A stretch of 64,000 nt of DNA from positions 1 through 64,000 of the forward strand of contig JBFXKG010000003.1 in the NCBI GenBank assembly GCA_050174015.1. Reading direction: 5' to 3'. The notes beneath the pieces were generated by a model that worked only from the letters and a program-made list of their open reading frames with translations, searched no databases and was not told the origin of the DNA. The stretch's first letter is position 1, and each line of letters begins with the position of its first letter. Origin of the DNA: Candidatus Krumholzibacteriia bacterium (GTDB taxonomy: Bacteria > Krumholzibacteriota > Krumholzibacteriia > LZORAL124-64-63). Made by a program: the position numbers and the translations under genes. This document shows positions 1-7,556 of this stretch, piece by piece.

Positions 1-291
1 AACCGCTTGGGGATCGTCCGCGGTCGCTGGCTCGACGACGGGGGGCAGCCGGGGAGCTTCGATCGGTCGGGGCGGCGCGATGACCGGGGCCTCGGTCTCG
101 ATTTCGATGATGATGGTCTCCTCATGGCGTGATTGATAGGGCTGAGCCTGGTATCCCGGCCACAACCAGGTGAACAGGGCGGTCAAGGCCAGGGCGGCGA
201 GGATCGCTCCCTTGAGGTAACGGGGATAACGCAGCTTGAAGGCGTCGTTGGCCGAGAGGACGGCCGCGAAAGCGGGGCGGGTGCGGGTCAT
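1..291 (-). CDS. Energy transducer TonB-like protein, N-terminal part (runs off window start)
   Basis: Hand-translated, not in the ORF track: MTRTRPAFAAVLSANDAFKLRYPRYLKGAILAALALTALFTWLWP...EAPVIAPPRPIEAPRLPPVVEP. GGAG RBS upstream; single TM helix followed by a Pro/Glu-rich linker. Confidence 0.55.
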   Translation of the reverse strand, partial: MTRTRPAFAAVLSANDAFKLRYPRYLKGAILAALALTALFTWLWPGYQAQPYQSRHEETIIIEIETEAPVIAPPRPIEAPRLPPVVEPATADDPQAV

Positions 292-470
292 GGTCGCTCC
301 TGATCGCCGTGTGGGGAGCTGGATGACGATCGGGAGCCTGGTTCGCGGTGTCAACACCCGGCCGACACTCGCACACCGACACTCGGGCGGCTTGACCCCG
401 CCGGCCGCCATCCCTAGGATGGCGGGATCGGATCGGGGCCCACGCGTTCGCCCTCGACCGGAAAGGACCG

Positions 471-1031
471 ATGCGCATGGTGAAGCCTCTCGCCTTCCTC
501 GTGTTGACCGGCGGCTTGCTGGCGACCCTGGCCTTGCCTGCGGAGGCCCAGGATCCCGACCCCTTGCCCCCCGTCAAGACGATCGATTACGTCGATCTCG
601 AGCGGTACCTCGGCCTTTGGTACGAGATCGCCAAGATTCCCAACAAGTTCCAGAACCAGTGCACTTCCGGGGCCACGGCGCAGTACACCCTGCGCCAGGA
701 CGGCGCCATCGACGTCGTCAACAGTTGCCGCATGGCCGGAGGCAAGCGCAGCGAGGCCCAGGGCAAGGCGGAGATCGTCGACACGTCGACCAACGCCAAG
801 CTCCGGGTGAGCTTCGTCAGCTTCCTGGGCTGGCGCCCGTTCTGGGGGGATTACTGGATCATCGGTCTGGACCCGCTCTACCGGTGGGCCGTAGTCGGCC
901 ACCCCGAACGCAAGTACGGCTGGATCCTGGCCCGGAATCGGATCATGGAGGACTCCGTCTACCAGGAGATCATGGAGATCGTGGAGCGGAACGGCTACGA
1001 GCGGGAGGTCTTCGTGCGGAACCGGCGCTGA
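471..1031 (+). CDS. blc: Lipocalin family protein (Blc-like)
   Basis: Signal peptide; lipocalin motifs VDLERYLGLWYEIAK and GDYWIIGLD..Y..AVVG...Y.WILAR. Confidence 0.85.
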   Translation: MRMVKPLAFLVLTGGLLATLALPAEAQDPDPLPPVKTIDYVDLERYLGLWYEIAKIPNKFQNQCTSGATAQYTLRQDGAIDVVNSCRMAGGKRSEAQGKAEIVDTSTNAKLRVSFVSFLGWRPFWGDYWIIGLDPLYRWAVVGHPERKYGWILARNRIMEDSVYQEIMEIVERNGYEREVFVRNRR

Positions 1032-1108
1032 CCGGGGCTTGCCGGGATGAGGATGTTGGCGGCCTTGGGGGCCCGAGGGCGTTGGATGACCGGCGATATG
1101 ATGATTTT

Positions 1109-1138
1109 TTGCCAAATTTCATGCAGATATGTTATAAT
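1109..1138 (+). promoter_or_regulatory. Putative sigma70 promoter (TTGCCA-18-TATAAT, extended -10 TG)
   Basis: Lies in an AT-rich intergenic stretch upstream of the 1216 CDS. Confidence 0.5.
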
Positions 1139-1215
1139 GACACAACCCATTCGCAATGGCGCAAGCCGTTAAGCCCACAAAATTTACCCGATTTCTTGAG
1201 GAAAGGGAAGGCATC

Positions 1216-1872
1216 ATGCGTTTGCTCCTGGCCATCCTCACCATGGGGGTCCTGATGGGCCTCGCTCCGATCCCTGTTTTCGCAGGCGTCCTGGTCTTCG
1301 ACGATTTCAACGACGGCGACGCCGCGGGTTGGGAGGAATTCGACGGGACCTTCTCGGTCGTCGATGGCGTCTATCGGGTCGGCGCCTCGGGGGGCTGCAA
1401 CGACGCCCGTGCGGTCATCGGGGACCCAGCCTGGAGCGACTACATCATCGAGACGGATTTCAACTTCACCGAGGGGTCGGACCACGCTGCGATCCTCTTC
1501 CGGGTGCAGGAGATCGCATCCGGCTGCGATGCAGGGAAGTACTACCAGTTCCACATCTTCCAGAACGAGGTGGGCATCTGCAGGATGAACTACAGCGGAG
1601 GCGCCTGTTCCGTCCTGAGGAGCGCCTCCACCTCGGTCAGCGCCAACCAGTGGCATCACCTGGTCTTGATCGTGAACGGCCCGAACCTGACCGCCTTCAT
1701 CGACGGAGTCGAGGTCCTCGCCTTTGACGGCTTGACTCATTATCCGACCGGCCGGGTCGGCGTGAAGAACATCAACAACGGGGCGAACCTCTACGATAAC
1801 TTCGAGGTCTACACCGGGCTGGTGAGCGACCTGCCGAGCGCCTGGGGGGCCGTGAAGGTCATGTACCGATGA
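1216..1872 (+). CDS. Secreted concanavalin/LamG-like (DUF1080-type) protein with C-terminal WGxxKxxR motif
   Basis: Signal peptide MRLLLAILTMG...; FDDFNDG..GW, WSDY..E.DF, NQWHHL...G; ends SAWGAVKVMYR*. Confidence 0.6.
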   Translation: MRLLLAILTMGVLMGLAPIPVFAGVLVFDDFNDGDAAGWEEFDGTFSVVDGVYRVGASGGCNDARAVIGDPAWSDYIIETDFNFTEGSDHAAILFRVQEIASGCDAGKYYQFHIFQNEVGICRMNYSGGACSVLRSASTSVSANQWHHLVLIVNGPNLTAFIDGVEVLAFDGLTHYPTGRVGVKNINNGANLYDNFEVYTGLVSDLPSAWGAVKVMYR

Positions 1873-2067
1873 GGGACAACGGTCCAGTCCAGCCTTCATG
1901 AACGGGGCCCGGGGCGACCCGGGCCTCTCGCGATCGCGCAAGGCCTCGCGCTCCACCCCCCTGACCCCGTCCGGCCGTCGGGATGATTCGGGGCGACCTC
2001 GGAGTCGTTCCCGGAGTATCATGTCGATCCAGGTTCCGTTCTCCGCCCTCCATCCAGGCGGTGTGCC

Positions 2068-3363
2068 ATGTCAGGATTCCAACCCCTCCCATTGGGCCTT
2101 GGGCTCGGTTTCCTCTTGATCGTTGCCGCTCCGGCGACAGGTGTTCAGCCTCCGGATCCGGGGCCTCCATCCGCCGCGTCGGAATTCGTGCGCATCCTCG
2201 AAGCTCGTGGCCTCGATGACGCCTGCGACAGCTTGGCGGTCATGATCGCCGACACCACCGGATCCTACGAGATCGACGGCTACCGATTGGTCAAGGGTCT
2301 GCCCGGCGAGTTGAGCCTGGCCGGAAGACGGGACGCGGCCCTGGCCCTGATCCTGACCGTGGAGCCGCTGTTCGGCGACCACCCGGTATACTGGTCGGAA
2401 CTGGCGGGCGCCCATCTGCGGAATCTCCAGATCGACGAAGCCCGCGCGGCCCTGGAGAAATCCCTGGAGCTCGACCCGACGAACCCGCAGCACCCCTGGA
2501 TGCTGGCCAACCTGGACGATCTGGCGTCCGTCATCTCCCGGCAGATCGCGGCCGAGGGACGCTTCGCGCCTGGAGAGAACACGGGCTTGAAGGGGCCCTA
2601 CCTGGGCCAGGTCCCCCCGGGTGGCGCGCCCGAGGTCTTCGCCCCCGGCCTCCTCAGCACCCTGGCCCACGAGTACAGCCTCAGCTTCGCGCCGGACGGT
2701 CGGACGATCATCTTCTCGCGCGGCGGCGTGGGCACGCTGATCAGCCGGTGGGAGGACGAAGGCTGGACCGCGCCGGAGATCCTCACCCTGCGCGGCGAGG
2801 AGTTCCTGGACGAGGAAGCGGCCTTCGCAGGAGACGGTCAGCGCATCTTCTTCTGTTCGCGTCCGCGGGACATGAGCGCCGAGCGTGAGATCTATGTGGT
2901 CGAAAGTGAGGGAGACGTTTGGGGCGAGGCGGTCCACCTGTTCCAGGGCATGTATCCGACCTGCTCGTCCGACGGCGTCCTCTATTACACGGGTATCGGT
3001 GAGCGCCCCGACTACGGGGTCATCGTGCGCCGCCTGCCGGTCGGGGACGGATTCGGCGAACCCGAACCGGTTCCCGGGGCGGGCATCAACACTCCGGCGC
3101 CCGACGCCCATCCCTGGATCGCGCCGGACGGCGGGCTGCTGCTGTTCGATTCCTACCGGGATCCGGGGGCGGGGCTCTTCGTGAGCTTCCTCGAACCGGA
3201 CGGAGGGTGGAGCGAGGCGGTGGCCCTGGGCAGGGCGCTGGGCATTCCGCCGGCCGGCCAGCCGGCGCTCTCGCACGACGGCAGATACCTGTTCTTCTGC
3301 CTGGCCGGCGACATGTACTGGGTGGACGCCGGTTTCCTGGCCGGGATGCGGCCGATCAAATGA
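2068..3363 (+). CDS. Secreted TPR plus PD40/TolB-like beta-propeller protein
   Basis: Signal peptide; TPR-like EARAALEKSLELDPTNP; GPYLGQ.PPG..PEVFAPG and repeated PDG/SHDG motifs. Confidence 0.7.
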   Translation: MSGFQPLPLGLGLGFLLIVAAPATGVQPPDPGPPSAASEFVRILEARGLDDACDSLAVMIADTTGSYEIDGYRLVKGLPGELSLAGRRDAALALILTVEPLFGDHPVYWSELAGAHLRNLQIDEARAALEKSLELDPTNPQHPWMLANLDDLASVISRQIAAEGRFAPGENTGLKGPYLGQVPPGGAPEVFAPGLLSTLAHEYSLSFAPDGRTIIFSRGGVGTLISRWEDEGWTAPEILTLRGEEFLDEEAAFAGDGQRIFFCSRPRDMSAEREIYVVESEGDVWGEAVHLFQGMYPTCSSDGVLYYTGIGERPDYGVIVRRLPVGDGFGEPEPVPGAGINTPAPDAHPWIAPDGGLLLFDSYRDPGAGLFVSFLEPDGGWSEAVALGRALGIPPAGQPALSHDGRYLFFCLAGDMYWVDAGFLAGMRPIK

Positions 3364-3439
3364 AGTCGCGGTCGCCGGGACCCCGGCGGGGATGGGCCAA
3401 CCTCTCCGACAGGCGGTCGAGAGGGCGGCCGCCGGCAGA

Positions 3440-3629
3440 CCGTGCTCCTTCACCATGACAGCCTCCCTCACGGCAGGATATACTCGGGCGTGCTGAACCT
3501 CATGCCCTCGACCTTGCCGGTCCTGAGCAGGGACAGGTTGGTGACGGAGAAGCCGACCCGGTCGGAAAGCCGGGTCAGCTTCATCCTCCGCTTCACCGGC
3601 ATCAGATCGAGGTTCACCTGGATGCCCAT
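3440..3629 (-). pseudogene. Frameshifted YozG-like Cro/C1 HTH regulator
   Basis: MGIQVNLDLMPVKRRMKLTRLSDRVGFSVTNLSLLRTGKVEGMRFST resembles YozG but stops at 3468; removing one base near 3476 gives ICREGGC, like the expected ICxxLxC tail. Left boundary approximate. Confidence 0.55.
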
Positions 3630-3683
3630 GGCGCCATGATGGGAGGGATCGCCATGATCGCCGGTCATAACTCATTGAAATAC

Positions 3684-4919
3684 ATGAAAATCATCGCCAT
3701 CGTCGTTCTCCTGGTCCTCTCCGCCCGGGTCGGCGGCCAGGTTCAGGATGCCGCCGGCGACTTCACGCCCAGGGTGGAGCATCCGGCCTTCAAACCGGGC
3801 ACCGGACCGGAAGTCTGGATCGACGAGGCTCACCACAACTACCACACCCGCACCGGCCGATACCGGGCGTTCGGGGACCTGCTCGAGGCCGACGGCTTCC
3901 AGGTGGCGGCGAGCGTTCAGCCGTTCACGGCAGGTTCCCTGGATGGCTGCGACGTCCTGGTCATCTCCAACGCCCTGTCGGAACAGGATGGGGAGGACTG
4001 GGCGCTGCCCTCCGCATCCGCCTTCACGACCGAAGAGATCGCGGTGATCCGGGATTGGGTGGACCGGGGCGGCAGCCTCTGGCTCATCATCGACCACATG
4101 CCCATGCCGGGCTGCAACGACGCACTTGCCGCCGCGTTCGGCGTCACCTTCAGCAACGGGTACGCCATGGTTCCGGACCAGCAGGGAGCGCTGGTCTTCA
4201 CACGGGAGAACGGGGGGCTGGCGGACCATCCCGTCACCTGGGGAGCGCGGGCCGACGAGAGGATCGAGAAGGTGGCCAGCTTCACGGGGTCGGCATTCCG
4301 GGCGGGAGCGGCATTCGAGCCCCTGATGATCCTGCCCCCGGAAACCGAATCGTGGCTGACCGCCGCAGCCGGCGACTTCACCGACGGCACTCCGCGTGAA
4401 AAGGTCGGGGGATGGCTGCAGGGCGGTGTCCAGGAAGTCGGCCGGGGCCGGATCGCCGTGTTCGGGGAAGCCGCCATGTTCACCGCCCAGGTGGCGCGCG
4501 AAGGGGATGCCGAGGTGCGCTTCGGGTTCATCGCTCCGGTGGCCGAGGACAACCAGCAGTTCCTGCTGAACGTGGCGCGGTGGTTGGCGCCGGGTCCGCC
4601 CCTGGATTCCCCATCACTTCCGCCCGTGGGTGGGGATTGGACCTTTTCCCGGATGACCCGTCCCGCGTATCCGGTCGATGCCCCGGCGGGCGATCGCAGC
4701 CGACCGGTGCGCGTCCGGGTTGCCGTATTCGTCAAGCCCGACGGGACGGTCGGCCAGACGATCCTTTTGGGCAATTCGGGCTCGGCAGCCTTCGGTGAGG
4801 CGGTTCTGGAGGCCGCGGCGAACTGGAAGGTCGAATGGCAGGGCGATCCCGGCGATGGACGCTGGATCATGATGGACCACGTCTTCCGGGACGGTGGTGA
4901 AGGAGGAGGCGGGCGATGA
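3684..4919 (+). CDS. DUF4350/GATase-like secreted protein fused to a TonB C-terminal domain
   Basis: Signal peptide; IDEAHHNYHT, GGSLWLIIDHMP, GRIAVFGEAAMF; C-terminal PAYP...VRVAVFVKPDGTV...FGEAVLEAAANWK. Confidence 0.65.
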   Translation: MKIIAIVVLLVLSARVGGQVQDAAGDFTPRVEHPAFKPGTGPEVWIDEAHHNYHTRTGRYRAFGDLLEADGFQVAASVQPFTAGSLDGCDVLVISNALSEQDGEDWALPSASAFTTEEIAVIRDWVDRGGSLWLIIDHMPMPGCNDALAAAFGVTFSNGYAMVPDQQGALVFTRENGGLADHPVTWGARADERIEKVASFTGSAFRAGAAFEPLMILPPETESWLTAAAGDFTDGTPREKVGGWLQGGVQEVGRGRIAVFGEAAMFTAQVAREGDAEVRFGFIAPVAEDNQQFLLNVARWLAPGPPLDSPSLPPVGGDWTFSRMTRPAYPVDAPAGDRSRPVRVRVAVFVKPDGTVGQTILLGNSGSAAFGEAVLEAAANWKVEWQGDPGDGRWIMMDHVFRDGGEGGGGR

Positions 4920-6616
4920 GGTCCACGAGCCTGGATGGAGCCATCCTGGCGACGGTCCTTCTGGCGACGATGGCGTACCCCCGGCAGGCGTCGGCGGTGG
5001 AATCGCCGGCCGCCGCCGAGCACGGGATGGTCGTCTCGGCGCACCCTGCGGCCAGCCGGGCCGGAGTGGGGATCCTGCGCCAGGGGGGCAACGCGGTGGA
5101 TGCCGCGATCGCCACGGCCCTGGCCCTGGCCGTCTGCGAACCCTACTCCTCGGGACTGGGGGGTGGCGGATTCCTGGTCTGCTTCGACGCCGGTACGGGC
5201 CGCGTCAGCGCCCTCGATGCGCGCGAAACCGCCCCCGCGGCAGCCCACCGGGACATGTTCGTGCGCGGAGGGGCGCCGGTGGACAGCCTCAGCCGCGACG
5301 GGGCCCTGTCGGTCGGGGTGCCGGGCCTGGCGAGGGGGCTGTGGGAAGCCCACCGGGCGCAGGGCCGCCTGCCCTGGGCGCAGCTGGTGCAGCCGGCCGT
5401 GGTCCTGGCGCGTGGAGGCATCCCCGTCTCGCAGATGCTTGCCGAACGGATCGCGGAGGAGAGACACCGATTCAATCCTGCCGCCCGGGCCGTCTTCCTG
5501 CCCGGAGGGGGCGTTCCGCAGATCGGAACGATCCTGGTCCAGGAGGATCTGGCCGCGACCCTCGAAGCGATCGCCCTGGATGGGCCGGACGCCTTCTACC
5601 GCGGCCCCGTGGCCGCCGCCATCGCCGCGGTGACGGCTCCCGGTGGCAGGGGGATCACCCTGGACGATCTTGCGGGCTATCAGGCCGTCTGGCGAGAGCC
5701 GATCCACGGCCGGTACCGGGGATGCGACGTCTGGTCCATGCCCCCGCCGTCCAGCGGCGGGGTCCACCTGGTGCAGATGCTGAACGTCCTGGAGGGGTTC
5801 GACCTGGAGGGGGCGGGCTTCGGATCGGCTGCTGCGGTGCATCCCATGACCGAGGCCATGAAGTTCGCCTTCGCCGACCGCAGCCGTTTCCTTGGCGATC
5901 CGGACTTCGTCCCGGTGCCGGTGGCCAGGCTGACGGGGCCGGCCTACGCCGATTCGTTGCGGAGCCTGATCCGACCCGACCGGGCGATTCCCGCCGCCGC
6001 AATCGACGGCGCCACGCTCGTCCACCCGGAGAGCGCCCACACGACGCACCTCTCGGTCGTCGACGCCGACGGCGACGCCGTGGCCGCCACCCTGACCATC
6101 AACCTGTCTTTCGGTTCGGGCTGGATGGCGGCGGGCACCGGAGTGATGCTCAACGACGAGATGGACGACTTCGTGGCGGCTCCGGGTTTCGCCAACGCCT
6201 TCGGGCTGGTGGGGGGCGAGGCCAACAGCGCGGCCCCCGGCAAGCGGCCCCTGTCGAGCATGACACCCACCATCGTCCTGCAGGACGGCAGGGTCAAGAT
6301 GGTCACCGGCGCACCGGGCGGTTCCCGGATCATCACCACCACCCTGCAGACCATCGTGAACGTCCTCGACCACGGCATGGACGCCCTGCAGGCGGTTTCG
6401 GCGCCGCGCATCCATCACCAGTGGTCGCCCGACCTGCTGTTCTTCGAGGCGCACGGATTGAGTCCCGACACGCAGCGGATCCTGGAAGGCCTGGGGCACC
6501 GGCTCGAGGAACGGACGCCCATGTGCAACGCGCAGATCATCGTGGCGGATCCGGAAACGGGCCTGCTCACGGGCGCATCCGACCCGCGGGGGATGGGAGC
6601 GGCCGAGGGTTTCTGA
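4916..6616 (+). CDS. ggt: Gamma-glutamyltransferase
   Basis: GGNAVDAAIA, SSGLGGGGF, catalytic TTHLSVVD, LNDEMDDF, PGKRPLSSMTP, GAPGGSRI, SDPRG. Confidence 0.95.
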   Translation: MRSTSLDGAILATVLLATMAYPRQASAVESPAAAEHGMVVSAHPAASRAGVGILRQGGNAVDAAIATALALAVCEPYSSGLGGGGFLVCFDAGTGRVSALDARETAPAAAHRDMFVRGGAPVDSLSRDGALSVGVPGLARGLWEAHRAQGRLPWAQLVQPAVVLARGGIPVSQMLAERIAEERHRFNPAARAVFLPGGGVPQIGTILVQEDLAATLEAIALDGPDAFYRGPVAAAIAAVTAPGGRGITLDDLAGYQAVWREPIHGRYRGCDVWSMPPPSSGGVHLVQMLNVLEGFDLEGAGFGSAAAVHPMTEAMKFAFADRSRFLGDPDFVPVPVARLTGPAYADSLRSLIRPDRAIPAAAIDGATLVHPESAHTTHLSVVDADGDAVAATLTINLSFGSGWMAAGTGVMLNDEMDDFVAAPGFANAFGLVGGEANSAAPGKRPLSSMTPTIVLQDGRVKMVTGAPGGSRIITTTLQTIVNVLDHGMDALQAVSAPRIHHQWSPDLLFFEAHGLSPDTQRILEGLGHRLEERTPMCNAQIIVADPETGLLTGASDPRGMGAAEGF

Positions 6617-6626
6617 TCCGGATGGT

Positions 6627-7283
6627 TCAGGGGCCGGGAATGATGTGCCCGTAGATGGCCAGGAAGTGGAAGACCGTCCCCGCCAGAACGCACAGGTGCC
6701 ACACCGCGTGGTGGTACGGGAATCCCCGCCAGGCGTAGAACACCGCCCCGCCGGTGTAGGCGATGCCCCCGGCACCGAGCAGGGTGAGGGCCTCGGTGGG
6801 CAGGGCTCCCATCAGGGGCTTGACCGCGAAGACGACCAGCCATCCCATCAGCAGGTAGAACGCCAGGCTCAGCTTCTTCGAGGGCCGCAGCAGGACCACC
6901 TCGTACAGGATCCCCAGGATGCCCAGCCCCCAGCTCAGGCCGAACAGGGTCCAGCCCCAAGCGCCGCCCAGGGCGACCAGGGTGAATGGAGTGTAGGTGC
7001 CCGCGATGAGCAGGTAGATGGCGGCGTGGTCCAGCAGCTCGAAGACCCGCTTGGCCCGGGGCGGGGTCAGGGCGTGGTACAAGGTCGAGGCCAGGTAGAG
7101 GATCAGCATGGTGACCCCGAAGACGGTCACCCCGGTGACGGTGCGGGCGTCGGCGTAGCGGGCGGCCTTGACCACCAGGAGGACCAGGGCCACCACGCTG
7201 AACAGGACCCCCAGCCCGTGCGTGACCGCGTGGGCGATCTCTTCACCACGGGAAAAATTCTTGTGAGCGAATGCGCCGCGCAT
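6627..7283 (-). CDS. Hemolysin III / PAQR family membrane protein (TrhA-like)
   Basis: EEIAHAVTHG, STLYHA, LDHAAIYLLIAGTYTP, HAVWHLCVLAG. Confidence 0.9.
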   Translation of the reverse strand: MRGAFAHKNFSRGEEIAHAVTHGLGVLFSVVALVLLVVKAARYADARTVTGVTVFGVTMLILYLASTLYHALTPPRAKRVFELLDHAAIYLLIAGTYTPFTLVALGGAWGWTLFGLSWGLGILGILYEVVLLRPSKKLSLAFYLLMGWLVVFAVKPLMGALPTEALTLLGAGGIAYTGGAVFYAWRGFPYHHAVWHLCVLAGTVFHFLAIYGHIIPGP

Positions 7284-7556
7284 GGCCGGCTCTCCTGTCG
7301 GCTGGTCCGGGAAGGGGGCCGCCTCGGCCCCGGAAGGACCACAATAGCCACCGTGGGGAATTTTCCGCAAGGAAAGTCGGATCTTTCCGCGATTTTGAGA
7401 GAAAAAACCGGAATTGAAGATCGATTTTTGATAAATTATTCAAATATTTGTGATAAATAGATTTAGAGGATGGAATCCGGGGATGATCCGTGGTAGAATC
7501 ATGGGGTTCCCAGCTGAATTCTCGCCATGGATCATCCCGGGAGGGGAAAATTGACC

